The translations under genes were made by a program, and so were the position numbers. A stretch of 40,101 nt of DNA from a virus, in IMG/VR virus record IMGVR_UViG_3300045988_140317, positions 1 to 40,101 of that record; one strand, written 5' to 3'. The notes under the pieces were generated by a model. That model made no database searches. It worked only from the letters and a program-made list of their open reading frames with translations, and was not told the DNA's origin. Positions 1 through 8,624 of this stretch are shown here, piece by piece. Within the stretch, counting starts at the first letter, position 1. The number at the start of each line of letters is the position of its first letter.

Positions 1-141
1 AGGTACAGGTTTTTGCGTTTTGTGAATTTTGGGGTAAGAATGGTCTACAATCCACGGAAAATGATTGAGAACCATTTGACCGTCATTGTTAAACTTCGGT
101 AACTTATCCCGATACAGCACCAAAGCATATTCCACAGCTCC
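1..141. repeat. Terminal overlap copy 1, identical to 39961-40101 (signature of a circular assembly)
   Basis: Direct comparison of the first and last 141 nt shows identity. The repeat lies inside a continuous reading frame. Confidence 0.97.
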
Positions 142-558
142 TACAATTTTCATATTTGCTTTTAAGACTTGCGGACTCGATTTTTTTATAAAAACAATTG
201 GAATATATTTTTGAAATCCATATCTTTTCGCTAAATCAATGACGGTTTGTTGTTGCTGATGCGCACAAAAGACTATCATACAAGGCGCTTTCCCCTTTTC
301 TTTTGGTTCTTTTATCAGCATTTTGCTGCAAAAGTGCATAAATTCAGCAATATTAAAATTCACATCTGTATTAAAATAATTTGAATTTGCTTTATCGCTC
401 TCACCATTCTTATTATCACCATCCACATACCATTCAGGACTAGAAGCGTAGGCATTATTCCCTATGTTATAAGGAATGTCAGCGATTACCAACTGAGCTT
501 TAGGAATCCCGTAGCGCTTATAATTTTGAAAATTGTCATGAAATAACTCACATTTCAC
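1..558 (-). CDS. DNA methyltransferase (beta-class N6A/N4C type), 5' part. The gene is split by the circular cut and continues at 40101-39769.
   Basis: The minus frame opens at GTG 558-556 (GTGA overlap with the stop of 555-824) and runs off position 1. The translation ...KAQLVIADIPYNIGNNAY... carries a DPPY-type (D-I-P-Y) motif. The frame is continuous through the 141-nt overlap with 39769-40101. The combined product is about 249 aa. Confidence 0.8.
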   Translation of the reverse strand, partial: MKCELFHDNFQNYKRYGIPKAQLVIADIPYNIGNNAYASSPEWYVDGDNKNGESDKANSNYFNTDVNFNIAEFMHFCSKMLIKEPKEKGKAPCMIVFCAHQQQQTVIDLAKRYGFQKYIPIVFIKKSSPQVLKANMKIVGAVEYALVLYRDKLPKFNNDGQMVLNHFPWIVDHSYPKIHKTQKPVP

Positions 559-824
559 GCTCTCGCCCTCCATTTTCTAGCCTGTCTACGATAAAATGCA
601 GTCTGTCGCATGTCCTGCCATGTTTTATTTGCTAGAGCTTCTATCAAATTCGCTTTTTGAGTTTCAAGCAAATCGATTTTTGCTTCATATTCTTCCATAT
701 CGTGATAACAACGCCGAATTTCGTCTTGGTAAAATTCATAATTTTTAATAACTTCTTTTAAATCATCTACCACATCACGTTTTGCGACTTGTATCCCACT
801 TCTTAAAGTTTCAATATGACTCAT
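555..824 (-). CDS. Hypothetical early protein (89 aa, helical/coiled coil)
   Basis: ORF in the early operon direction, with its stop overlapping the downstream start. No recognisable motif. Confidence 0.6.
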   Translation of the reverse strand: MSHIETLRSGIQVAKRDVVDDLKEVIKNYEFYQDEIRRCYHDMEEYEAKIDLLETQKANLIEALANKTWQDMRQTAFYRRQARKWRARA

Positions 825-858
825 TGTAACACCTCTTTCATAAGTCGTCTAAAAGCAT

Positions 859-1116
859 CTAAAATAGTAACTCGTCTCGTTTTTTATAACAATCAATCAT
901 CATCTTCAACCAGATACCATCAATCTTTCGAAATTGATCTCTTGTAAGATAATAGATTTGTTGTTCAAACCAGTACGAAAAGTCCTCAAAATTATCAATT
1001 TGAATGCTATTATCATATATTTCCGCTACATCTATTTTGTTACTCGGACTAAAAATAATGTAACAGTATTCATAAATTCTAATTGGACTGTTCCTTCTTA
1101 AAATTTTTAATCTCAT
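859..1116 (-). CDS. Hypothetical early protein (85 aa)
   Basis: ORF co-oriented with and tightly packed after ssb. No recognisable motif. Confidence 0.55.
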   Translation of the reverse strand: MRLKILRRNSPIRIYEYCYIIFSPSNKIDVAEIYDNSIQIDNFEDFSYWFEQQIYYLTRDQFRKIDGIWLKMMIDCYKKRDELLF

Positions 1117-1128
1117 ATGAATTTTCCT

Positions 1129-1518
1129 CTAAAATGGCAAGTCATCATCTGAGAATGGTGGCATCTGGCTATCCATGCTTGATTGATTAGCCGAATTATC
1201 ACGTTTTTCTAATATTTGAAAACTGTCTGCCACAACCTCCGTCACATAGACACGTTGCCCCTGTTGATTTTCATAACTACGTGTCTGGATGCGACCTGTG
1301 ATTCCAATGAGAGAACCTTTTTTAGCCCAGTTTGCCAAGTTTTCAGCGGCTTGCCTCCAAATAACACAGTTAATAAAATCCGCTTCTCTCTCACCACTTT
1401 GATTTTTGAAGTTACGATTGACAGCAAGATTAAAAGTTGCGACCGCTTGATTTTGTGGAGTATAACGAAGTTCAGCATCACGGGTCAAGCGACCCACAAG
1501 TACAACATTGTTAATCAT
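1129..1518 (-). CDS. ssb: Single-stranded DNA-binding protein
   Basis: 129 aa. OB-fold SSB N-terminus ([16 protein letters not shown]) and acidic C-terminal tail DDDLPF. Confidence 0.93.
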   Translation of the reverse strand: MINNVVLVGRLTRDAELRYTPQNQAVATFNLAVNRNFKNQSGEREADFINCVIWRQAAENLANWAKKGSLIGITGRIQTRSYENQQGQRVYVTEVVADSFQILEKRDNSANQSSMDSQMPPFSDDDLPF

Positions 1519-1666
1519 ATATAGACACTACCTCCCCTGTAATCACATTTCTTTTAAACCACACTTTAAAATATGGTTTATTTTCACCATAAGCATAAAC
1601 CGTGCTGCAGGAACATTCGTACTGACTTTTTGAGTATGGATAACGTTTCGGTCTTTTTCTAATCAC
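1511..1666 (-). CDS. Small hypothetical protein (51 aa, Cys-containing, RPKRYPY N-terminus)
   Basis: Not in the track (<60 aa). GTG start in a GTGA overlap with the upstream stop, SD GAGGAG 8 nt upstream, and a stop overlapping the ssb start region. Confidence 0.4.
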   Translation of the reverse strand: MIRKRPKRYPYSKSQYECSCSTVYAYGENKPYFKVWFKRNVITGEVVSIYD

Positions 1667-1779
1667 TGATTCTTCTCCTCTCGTTTATCTATCAGACTTG
1701 ATATTTTTAGTAATGAGTAAATTAAAAGCATCTGTGTCAAAAATAGTATTACTACTCCAATCAAGATTATCTTCCACAT
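1663..1779 (-). CDS. Small membrane peptide (38 aa, one TM helix)
   Basis: Not in the track. ATG 1779-1777. Sequence [38 protein letters not shown]. Fills an otherwise empty gap. Confidence 0.4.
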   Translation of the reverse strand: MWKIILIGVVILFLTQMLLIYSLLKISSLIDKREEKNQ

Positions 1780-1866
1780 TTTTTACTTTCCACTCTCTTT
1801 TTTAGTTCCAATAGATCTGACTTTAAATTCAATGATTGTTATTGGGAACATAACAATCAAACATAT

Positions 1867-2100
1867 TCAATACTGCCAACCCGGACTTTTCTTCCGAGCC
1901 TCTGCCAATTTCCGCATTCGCTCTCTGCGGTCGTGCTCGATTGCACAGACAACGTACATTGCTTCTAGCTCTATGCGTTCGTTTTCTTGTGCTTCACGCT
2001 CTGCTTGCTTCTTAGCTTTGCGCCAGTCTAAGTGATTGCAGAAGGCGCCGGCGATGAAAACGAATGCGAGTGTTGCTATCGCTCCTAAAATTTCACTCAT
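1867..2100 (-). CDS. Hypothetical membrane-anchored protein (77 aa)
   Basis: N-terminal hydrophobic helix (ILGAIATLAFVFIAGAF) followed by a charged helix. Co-oriented with the operon. Confidence 0.55.
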   Translation of the reverse strand: MSEILGAIATLAFVFIAGAFCNHLDWRKAKKQAEREAQENERIELEAMYVVCAIEHDRRERMRKLAEARKKSPGWQY

Positions 2101-2114
2101 TATTTTTGCCTTTC

Positions 2115-2906
2115 TTAAAATAGTTCAATCTGTGTCTGTGGCTCATAATTCAGCCATAGCACCTCTGTACGTTTCAAACCTTTTTCTGCAGTGGCCGCAA
2201 ATTCCAACCTATCCCAATCTTTCAATTTGTTATTGTATAGCTCGCTGTCATATCCGCTTATCAAAATTTTTGCTTTAGATTGACAAATGACATCTAGTAA
2301 CTCCAGATGATCTTCGTCGCTCATTTCGTAGCTGTACTGTTTGCGAGTTCTTGTACTGAGAAGGTAAGGCGGGTCAATATACATACAGACGTCTGATTTG
2401 TCAAATCGCTTAATCAGTTCTAAAGCTGGCCGATTTTCAATTTGCACTTGTTTAAGACGCAGAGTCATTTCCTGTATGATTTCAGGCAATTCGTTCCAAT
2501 GCCGCACAGCGTACGCTTTCTCACGTCCGTTTATATCATTTTTCCAACCGCTTTTCTCAATTGTTCGGAAACCGTGTGACATAACAGATTTTATGACAAA
2601 ATGGGCTGCCTTTTCTATCTTATCTGCAGGCCGCTTCGCGAAGACTTCGTCGTAAATTTTTCGGCTGTAAGGTGTCAAAAACAATCTTTCGGCCAATCTG
2701 TCTGGATTGTCTCTTACAATCTCGAAAAGATTGACGACATCTTCGTTCAAGTCATTTATAGTCTCAATCGCAGACGGTGACTTAGTAAATAGAACTGCAC
2801 CACTTCCGAAATAGGGTTCTAAATAGCTCTTATGAGCTGGAAACAATTCAATAATCTTATGTGCTAGGTTCCATTTACTTCCTGGATAACGAAGTAGCGT
2901 TTTCAT
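2115..2906 (-). CDS. dam: Dam-type (D12 class) N6-adenine DNA methyltransferase
   Basis: 263 aa. YPGSKW and FGSGAV AdoMet-binding motifs, then the YIDPPY catalytic motif. Confidence 0.9.
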   Translation of the reverse strand: MKTLLRYPGSKWNLAHKIIELFPAHKSYLEPYFGSGAVLFTKSPSAIETINDLNEDVVNLFEIVRDNPDRLAERLFLTPYSRKIYDEVFAKRPADKIEKAAHFVIKSVMSHGFRTIEKSGWKNDINGREKAYAVRHWNELPEIIQEMTLRLKQVQIENRPALELIKRFDKSDVCMYIDPPYLLSTRTRKQYSYEMSDEDHLELLDVICQSKAKILISGYDSELYNNKLKDWDRLEFAATAEKGLKRTEVLWLNYEPQTQIELF

Positions 2907-2921
2907 ATAGCTGCCTCGCCT

Positions 2922-3275
2922 TCACTCATTTCTGCCCACTCCATATAAAAGATGTGCCGCAACTAGACAATGTATAATCGAAAAACTATTGTCAATAAAT
3001 TCCTGAGTTTCTTTTGTTTGTGGAAGCCATGTTCCGCCCCATTCAAATTCCTCAATAGCTTTTTTATTATCGTTTGAAGTAAAGATGGCTTGCAAGGCTC
3101 CTGTTAAAGTAAGACCATCTCCCATATATTCGCCAAAATAGTCTATGCGTTTTTTAAATTCGTCGGGAAATTTATATTTAGGCGTTACAACTTTTTCGTC
3201 TCTTACAGACCAGCCATAAATTCCACTTAACATCTCATTTACGTTATAAAATCCCGATTTATCTTTTGTTGCCAT
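2922..3275 (-). CDS. Hypothetical early protein (117 aa)
   Basis: ORF in the operon. No motif recognised. Confidence 0.6.
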   Translation of the reverse strand: MATKDKSGFYNVNEMLSGIYGWSVRDEKVVTPKYKFPDEFKKRIDYFGEYMGDGLTLTGALQAIFTSNDNKKAIEEFEWGGTWLPQTKETQEFIDNSFSIIHCLVAAHLLYGVGRNE

Positions 3276-3435
3276 TTTTTCTATTCTCTCCTTTTAGTAA
3301 TTCCGATTTGATTTTGGTCAGCATATCAATGTCTGCCAAAAGAAAGATTTCAAAGTCTGAGGGATTTCCTTCGTCCTCAATCATGTGCGTATTGAGAGCT
3401 ATCTTGCCCTCAATCCACTCAATCATTTCAACCAT
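3259..3435 (-). CDS. Small acidic hypothetical protein (58 aa)
   Basis: Not in the track. The ATG directly follows the TAA of the upstream gene, with SD GAGGAAG upstream. It overlaps the next start by 17 nt. Confidence 0.45.
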   Translation of the reverse strand: MVEMIEWIEGKIALNTHMIEDEGNPSDFEIFLLADIDMLTKIKSELLKGENRKNGNKR

Positions 3436-3963
3436 TTATTCCACTTCCTCAATTTCAAATGCTGGGTTATCCCAAACATTCAATTCTTCAAGTTCCGAAC
3501 GAGTGAAGTATACTTGATATTGACCGCCGGCAGTATATGAGGTATCTATGGTAATACTACCGTTTTTATTGTGTCTGTTTAAGTAACCCGCTGCCTTAAT
3601 TGTCACTACTTTTAATCTTGCTGTGTACAGCTTCTCTTCCTCGACCTCGTAGCCGTCAAGCCATGCGCGGGCGAAGAGGTCTTGGTTGCTCGTCTTTTTA
3701 ATCCATAATATTAAATCGAAACTTTGGCTGTTTTCTTTCATAAAGTTTGGATTCATAGCAGTATATAGACTAGTTGTTAAATGTTCTTTACAAACCTCAA
3801 TCCAATCCGCCACCGCTTGCGGAACTACTGGCTTTTCTGGCTCGTCGATTTGGTTGATGATTTCGATTGCTGTATTTAAGGCTTTGTTATACTCGCGCTT
3901 CGCATCAGTTGGGAAAGCGTATCTTTCGCCATCTAAAATTTCAATCGCTTCTTGTTTATTCAT
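3436..3963 (-). CDS. DUF1642-like phage protein
   Basis: 175 aa. The segment FARAWLDGYEVEEEKLY resembles DUF1642 proteins of Lactobacillales phages (from memory). Confidence 0.55.
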   Translation of the reverse strand: MNKQEAIEILDGERYAFPTDAKREYNKALNTAIEIINQIDEPEKPVVPQAVADWIEVCKEHLTTSLYTAMNPNFMKENSQSFDLILWIKKTSNQDLFARAWLDGYEVEEEKLYTARLKVVTIKAAGYLNRHNKNGSITIDTSYTAGGQYQVYFTRSELEELNVWDNPAFEIEEVE

Positions 3964-4118
3964 TTATTGCTCCTCTTAACTGTAATAGTGTATTCTTCAC
4001 CCTCGAATTTGACGGGAACTTGTATGCCTTTTAAAACGCCACCTCTATAATGTACTTCGAATAATTGGCGAATGATAAGCTCGCCAATTTCTTGAGGTGT
4101 TTCAAGTATATTTTTCAT
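3960..4118 (-). CDS. Small hypothetical protein (52 aa)
   Basis: The track ORF 3960-4199 is trimmed to the internal ATG 4118-4116, which has SD GGAGGA and directly follows the TGA of 4120-4452. Confidence 0.5.
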   Translation of the reverse strand: MKNILETPQEIGELIIRQLFEVHYRGGVLKGIQVPVKFEGEEYTITVKRSNK

Positions 4119-4119
4119 A

Positions 4120-4452
4120 TCATCCTCCAACTCCGTTAGCGTCCGCAATCCGCTTCGCTTCTTCTGCTTTCTGGCGCTCTTTAAGCTGATACTCTGCATT
4201 CAGCTTATTCAGGATAATGTCCTGCGCCGAATTTTTGTTTTTTAGCTTCTCGACTTCGCTCGATTGCTTTTTAAGCTCTGTCTTTAGCTCGCTGATTTGC
4301 CGTTGCTGATGTTCTGTGGATGTGATTAAGCCGACAGCGAATAGCAGCATGACAAACGCTAGAGCAGTCATGATTAAATTAGCGTTGGCTATTGATCGTT
4401 TGTTCGTTATGTGCTTAACTTCTAGCGTACTAACTCGTTCATTCAGGGTCAT
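4120..4452 (-). CDS. Membrane-anchored coiled-coil protein (110 aa)
   Basis: TM helix (LIMTALAFVMLLFAVGLI) followed by a coiled-coil-like charged region. Confidence 0.55.
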   Translation of the reverse strand: MTLNERVSTLEVKHITNKRSIANANLIMTALAFVMLLFAVGLITSTEHQQRQISELKTELKKQSSEVEKLKNKNSAQDIILNKLNAEYQLKERQKAEEAKRIADANGVGG

Positions 4453-4849
4453 TGTCCGCCTCCATAAACTCAGGATTTTCGTAGATGTTCCCTAAAATTT
4501 TCATTTCAGCTCCTTCGCGCCACAAATGACAAGCTATTTCTTCTTTGTCATTAACAATCGTCCAAGCGCCCTCAAGCATTTCGACTACTCCTGTAATTTT
4601 TTCAATCCCAGAAGTTGGTATCAACATTTCTTGCTTAACTACATCGCCCTCGAAAATCTCCACGTCGTTCTTATCTTTTAGACCCGTTGACTGCATGAGG
4701 ACAACCTTATTTTTGTCAACTCTCATCTCTGTATGACGTGCAATATCTTCAATTCTGCAAATATCAAGGCTTCGCAGGTCATAATCAATAACCGTCACTT
4801 CGCACATCCATTGCAAAGTTGGTAACCACGTTCTAAATCTTGGTATCAT
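4439..4849 (-). CDS. YopX-family protein
   Basis: 136 aa. GLKDKNDVEIFEGDVV ... KILGNIYENPE pattern typical of the YopX family. Confidence 0.75.
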   Translation of the reverse strand: MIPRFRTWLPTLQWMCEVTVIDYDLRSLDICRIEDIARHTEMRVDKNKVVLMQSTGLKDKNDVEIFEGDVVKQEMLIPTSGIEKITGVVEMLEGAWTIVNDKEEIACHLWREGAEMKILGNIYENPEFMEADNDPE

Positions 4850-4863
4850 CTTCTAGTCTCTCC

Positions 4864-5283
4864 TTATTTCTTTTTTGTAATATCAAACGGGACAATGCTT
4901 TCTGGCATATAATTGATTTCGTACTTATATTGGTTGACTTTTGCGCCCTCAATGTCTTCAACAACATACATATTCCAACCGGTTAAATTGACCATGTGTT
5001 TCTTATAAACACCTTTATCTGTTTCAACCAAAATTTCCAAACGTTTGCCTTTGTTTGCTTCGGTGTCAACAGAAATCCGTCCGATCACTTCAAATTCTAT
5101 TTTGTCTGTTCGTGTATTGATAACCGCAACACGACGGATAACATTAAAATTATCTGCCTCTTGGCTGATATTATGTGAGACTTTATCGCTTTCACGACAA
5201 GCAGCTAGTCCAAATAAGCTAATTAAAACTAATCCTGTAAGTACAATATTTTTAATTTGTTTCATTTTCTTCAATCCTCTCAT
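4864..5283 (-). CDS. Lipoprotein (early region)
   Basis: Signal peptide with lipobox LFGLAAC. The start may be M1 (ATGA overlap) or M7 (5265). Confidence 0.7.
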   Translation of the reverse strand: MRGLKKMKQIKNIVLTGLVLISLFGLAACRESDKVSHNISQEADNFNVIRRVAVINTRTDKIEFEVIGRISVDTEANKGKRLEILVETDKGVYKKHMVNLTGWNMYVVEDIEGAKVNQYKYEINYMPESIVPFDITKKK

Positions 5284-5591
5284 CTTTTCGGCTGATACCC
5301 TCTGAAATTCTCTTTCAGATAGTCCAACACCTCATAGACATCCGCAAGGTCATACTTCCAATCCCTGCCTTGCTTACGTCTTTTCAATCCATTCGCTAGC
5401 AGCTTTTTCAAATACTTAGCATCAAAACCAAACTTTTCCATGAGTTCTTTTTGATTTAAAGGAACTTTTTCTGCCTCTAGTTCTTTCCGAACTTCCTCAC
5501 GGATAATATTCGTCTGCTCACGAATGTATAACTGCGCCATCTCGTCAGACATCAACGGTGGCAATCTGCTTGATTGACTTGATTCATTCAT
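5280..5591 (-). CDS. DUF771/excisionase-like small DNA-binding protein (tentative)
   Basis: 103 aa. The C-terminal half (NQKELMEKFGFDAKYLKKLL...WKYDLADVYEVLDYLKENF) resembles DUF771/Xis-type winged helix proteins. Low certainty. Confidence 0.35.
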   Translation of the reverse strand: MNESSQSSRLPPLMSDEMAQLYIREQTNIIREEVRKELEAEKVPLNQKELMEKFGFDAKYLKKLLANGLKRRKQGRDWKYDLADVYEVLDYLKENFRGYQPKR

Positions 5592-6022
5592 AACAAACCT
5601 CCAAAAAGTTCAAGCTGCTTATTTCTGGCTTTAATATCAAACTTAGTATTTGTATTTGGCTCCCAATTCCGCCAATACTCATACGCATTCAGTTCGTCCT
5701 TGCGTTTCAGCAAATCATAACGTGGAATACGAAAATGATCTTTAAAGTCTTTTGCAGCTTGAGCAAATACAGAGCGAGCAAAGCGACTATCACGATAAGC
5801 AGGACTATCTTTCCCACCTAAAATATCAATCACCTTCTTCTTGCGTATCCGCTCTAAATCAAGACAAACCGACGGATTAACAGGCTGTTCATTTTTCAAG
5901 TAATCAACATCACTCTCTAGTGATTTTTGCTGCTGCTTCAATTGCTTTTGATTTTCCAAAACCTGAATCAAAATATCTTCTTGTGTAACATTAGTAACAC
6001 TCTCTAAAAGTTCATTCTTCAT
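5588..6022 (-). CDS. ORF6C-domain phage protein
   Basis: 144 aa. The pattern ILGGKDSPAYRDSRFARSVF...IPRYDLLKRKDELNAYEY matches the ORF6C domain pattern seen in anti-repressor-associated phage proteins. Confidence 0.6.
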   Translation of the reverse strand: MKNELLESVTNVTQEDILIQVLENQKQLKQQQKSLESDVDYLKNEQPVNPSVCLDLERIRKKKVIDILGGKDSPAYRDSRFARSVFAQAAKDFKDHFRIPRYDLLKRKDELNAYEYWRNWEPNTNTKFDIKARNKQLELFGGLL

Positions 6023-6936
6023 TTAAACTCTCCTTCAATAATAGTTGCAGCCCCTCTCATTTGCGAAAGGTCGTTAATGAGTAGCTGCATGCGATTCACC
6101 AAGCTATCAATTTCAAGACCTATAACATGATCTGCTTGTCTAAATTTCTCCTCATCTTTGTAAATCAATCCCGACATCTTTGTTAATAAATCGTCCCCTG
6201 AACGGACAATTTCCAAAATGTCCTTGTAGTCGGACATTTTTTTCTGAACGTCATTTAATTGCCCTTTCGACTGTTGGATAGCTTCTGTTAATTCTTCGTA
6301 TTTCTTAGAATTAGCATCCACTGTTTCTCGTTCTTTCAAAAGGCTTTGATATTGACTTTCAACAAATTTATTTCGTTCTTCTAAACTTTCTAAATCACTT
6401 TTCAACTTCTTATTCTTTTCCATCAATGTCTTATTTAAAGACTTAGTAGAATCATAGTCTTGAGGTGCAACCTCTTTAGTGACTATCTTTGTTTCAAACT
6501 TTGCTAAAGCCTGCTCGGCTAGCTGCTCATTCTTTTGACGCAATTCTTCATTGTCTGCTTTAGACAGATTGAGTTGCCGACGCAGTTCCTGCAATTCTCG
6601 AACTGTTGGATTGTCGCCCTCTTCAATGCGATTTAGTTGCTCTTGCTTTTGGTCATCTGGCAAAGTGGCTATGAGGTAAAGAGCTGACGTTCCTAAATTG
6701 GACAACGTTGTCGAATTTGGAAGTTCGCTTGCAACTTTCATCATTCGATTAGCTTCACGTTGATAAATACCGATTTTTTCAATCCATTCCATAAACTGTC
6801 CATGCGTCAAATCATGTTCTTTTACATGATTCAATCTACGTCCGATCTCCCAAATAGATTGCCCCGCAATCTGTTTGTGATGATTGATTTCCAACTCAAT
6901 CTGAGCTAGATTATTTGATAATGCTAATTCATTCAT
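6019..6936 (-). CDS. DUF3102-domain protein with long coiled coil
   Basis: 305 aa. The N-terminus IELEINHHKQIAGQSIWEIGRRLNHVKE...HGQFMEWIEKIGI..REANRMMKVA matches the DUF3102 pattern. Confidence 0.7.
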   Translation of the reverse strand: MNELALSNNLAQIELEINHHKQIAGQSIWEIGRRLNHVKEHDLTHGQFMEWIEKIGIYQREANRMMKVASELPNSTTLSNLGTSALYLIATLPDDQKQEQLNRIEEGDNPTVRELQELRRQLNLSKADNEELRQKNEQLAEQALAKFETKIVTKEVAPQDYDSTKSLNKTLMEKNKKLKSDLESLEERNKFVESQYQSLLKERETVDANSKKYEELTEAIQQSKGQLNDVQKKMSDYKDILEIVRSGDDLLTKMSGLIYKDEEKFRQADHVIGLEIDSLVNRMQLLINDLSQMRGAATIIEGEFK

Positions 6937-6966
6937 TTTTTTCCTTTCTAATTTGATATACAGTAA

Positions 6967-7306
6967 TCAATTACTGTCTTCATCATCCTTTATTTTTAAA
7001 CGAGTGTTTGGAAAACTCTGTCTTACTGACACTTCATTGAAACGATCAGACATAACTAGATAATCAACTTGCACGACTGTATCACAATGAATGTCATCTC
7101 TCGTCCTCCAATCAATTTTCAATCCCTTTAAACCAATATTCTTTTCTTTGAAATCAATACCGTTAAGAATAACCTTAGGATAGCTTTGCTCGTTGTTAAT
7201 CTCAATTTCTAACTTTTGAATTGGCGGCGTTTTTTTTATTTAAAACAAGTCTTCTTGCCTGCTCTTTTACAAGCTTTTTATTATATGGATATTTCTTTGG
7301 TCTCAT
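6967..7306 (-). pseudogene. Early ORF interrupted by a 1-nt frameshift in an A8 run (T8 on plus, 7230-7237)
   Basis: ATG 7306-7304 with SD GAAGGAG. Frame 1 stops at 7204-7202 after 34 aa. A second frame stays open from the A8 run to the stop at 6969-6967. The length of 340 nt is not a multiple of 3, and removing one A gives a 112-aa ORF. Confidence 0.65.
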
Positions 7307-7318
7307 TTCTTCTCCTTC

Positions 7319-7337
7319 TCTCAACTATGCGGGCAAG
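7319..7337 (+). repeat. Copy A of the 19-mer TCTCAACTATGCGGGCAAG (23-mer 7316-7338 shared with copy B)
   Basis: Exact match to 10147-10165 and to the reverse complement of 11559-11577. Confidence 0.95.
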
Positions 7338-7362
7338 CGTAGTTGGTTATATTTAAGTTATT

Positions 7363-7581
7363 TTAGACCACGTTTTGTGGGCTTTTTCTGCTAAAAATAT
7401 CACTAATATCTTTTTTGAAAATATCAGCGATTAAAAACATTTCTGATGATTTGAAATCTATGTAATCTAATTCTTTAGAACGATACGAAGCTTCCGAAAT
7501 ATCTAATTTAGCAGCCATTTGTGCTTGTGTCAATCCAGCATTTTTTCGCAATTCATATAATTTTATCTGCACACTCCTCAC
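7363..7581 (-). CDS. Cro-like XRE-family HTH regulator
   Basis: 72 aa. HTH LRKNAGLTQAQMAAKLDISEASY. First gene of the minus-strand early operon. The exact start is uncertain (GTG). Confidence 0.75.
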   Translation of the reverse strand: MRSVQIKLYELRKNAGLTQAQMAAKLDISEASYRSKELDYIDFKSSEMFLIADIFKKDISDIFSRKSPQNVV

Positions 7582-7594
7582 CCCTTTCTAAATT

Positions 7595-7603
7595 TGATAT
7601 AAT
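7595..7603 (+). promoter_or_regulatory. Extended -10 promoter (TGATATAAT) for the plus-strand gene 7628-8302
   Basis: TGnTATAAT read directly, 25 nt upstream of the SD-preceded ATG. Confidence 0.5.
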
Positions 7604-7627
7604 GGTATAAAAATGATTGGAGAATAT

Positions 7628-8302
7628 ATGTTATCTTTAGTGTTATCCATTATTTCAATATCTCTGTCAATTGCCTTATTTGTAATAAGCCATTATCGCC
7701 AATTGTACCGTCTAGGAATAGCAACAGGAAAAGTTTATTATAGCCAAGGAATTTCTTCAAACGGGCAAAAGAAGCAAATAATGTTTGTAGAAATAAGCAT
7801 TATAAATGAATCTCAAACTCCTGCTATTATTACTGGTCTTACAATCACTGAAAAAGAATTGCAGGAATACAGTAGCAATAATGGCGAGCTTATTGATAAA
7901 TCAATTCAAGTTAAAACGGACATAGGAGATACACATGAGGCTTTTAATGAATACACTAGTACACTTCCAATTGTGATTGCTCCATATTCATCCTTTAAAG
8001 GAATCTTTGCTTTCTATCAATCTTGGACTTTTAAACAAAACCATTTTCTAGAATTAGAGACTCCTAAACGTTTTCTTGTAATACCGTTTAATCCCACTCC
8101 GGATTCTTATATTTACTCAGAAGAACGCCACAATAGATATAGAGATGTTAAATATTATTGGAGACAAAACCCACTAAGAACATTTCAAAATAAAATACTC
8201 GCTATTTTCTGCAAGAAAACATGGCAAATATTTATCTATCGGTTAAAAGTTAGAATTTCAAAAATATTCTCCAATTTGAAACGCACAGATAATGAAAATT
8301 AA
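7628..8302 (+). CDS. Membrane-anchored protein of the immunity region (224 aa, unknown function)
   Basis: Track ORF trimmed to ATG 7628 (SD GGAG 6 nt upstream). N-terminal TM helix. Located between the cro-like and cI-like genes. Confidence 0.6.
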   Translation: MLSLVLSIISISLSIALFVISHYRQLYRLGIATGKVYYSQGISSNGQKKQIMFVEISIINESQTPAIITGLTITEKELQEYSSNNGELIDKSIQVKTDIGDTHEAFNEYTSTLPIVIAPYSSFKGIFAFYQSWTFKQNHFLELETPKRFLVIPFNPTPDSYIYSEERHNRYRDVKYYWRQNPLRTFQNKILAIFCKKTWQIFIYRLKVRISKIFSNLKRTDNEN

Positions 8303-8485
8303 AGGCGATATCATTATAACGCCACCCATTACTGGGTTAGTATCTAACATTTTATACCCAAAGTAGACAATATACCCAATAATTGACAATGCACCAAGTA
8401 CTAGTAATGTTACTACTATAGTCACAAAAATATAAAACAAGAAATTTGTCGGTTTATCTTCTATACGAGCATTTTCTTTTTGCAT
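8258..8485 (-). CDS. Small two-TM membrane protein (75 aa)
   Basis: Two hydrophobic helices, SD AAGGAGA upstream. Divergent from the cI-like gene and convergent with 7628-8302, overlapping it. Confidence 0.5.
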   Translation of the reverse strand: MQKENARIEDKPTNFLFYIFVTIVVTLLVLGALSIIGYIVYFGYKMLDTNPVMGGVIMISPLIFIICAFQIGEYF

Positions 8486-8542
8486 TCCATTGAAATCTCC
8501 TTTTGTTTTATTTGGTCATTTCTCTGACCTTGATTATAGATT

Positions 8543-8561
8543 AGCACACGTTTCGTGTTCT
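8543..8561. promoter_or_regulatory. Operator-like inverted repeat AGCACACG-ttt-CGTGTTCT
   Basis: 8-bp arms with one mismatch, in the divergent intergenic region upstream of the repressor gene. Confidence 0.35.
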
Positions 8562-8615
8562 GTCAATAGTTTTTTTGCGAAAAAAACAAAAAAGTTTTCT
8601 TTACGTGGTTTTTTG

Positions 8616-8624
8616 TGTTATAAT
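8616..8624 (+). promoter_or_regulatory. Extended -10 promoter (TGTTATAAT) of the repressor gene
   Basis: TGnTATAAT 36 nt upstream of ATG 8660, with SD AAAGGAG in between. Confidence 0.5.

Noticed and set aside
1-141. Biological direct terminal repeat of the virion
   Set aside because: The repeat lies within a continuous methyltransferase reading frame. A separate cos-like region with an HNH/terS context exists at 32270-32478. An assembly overlap is the simpler explanation.
1216-1524. 102-aa plus-strand ORF and the 1242-1481 minus ORF overlapping ssb
   Set aside because: They overlap the unambiguous ssb frame completely and have no independent signals.
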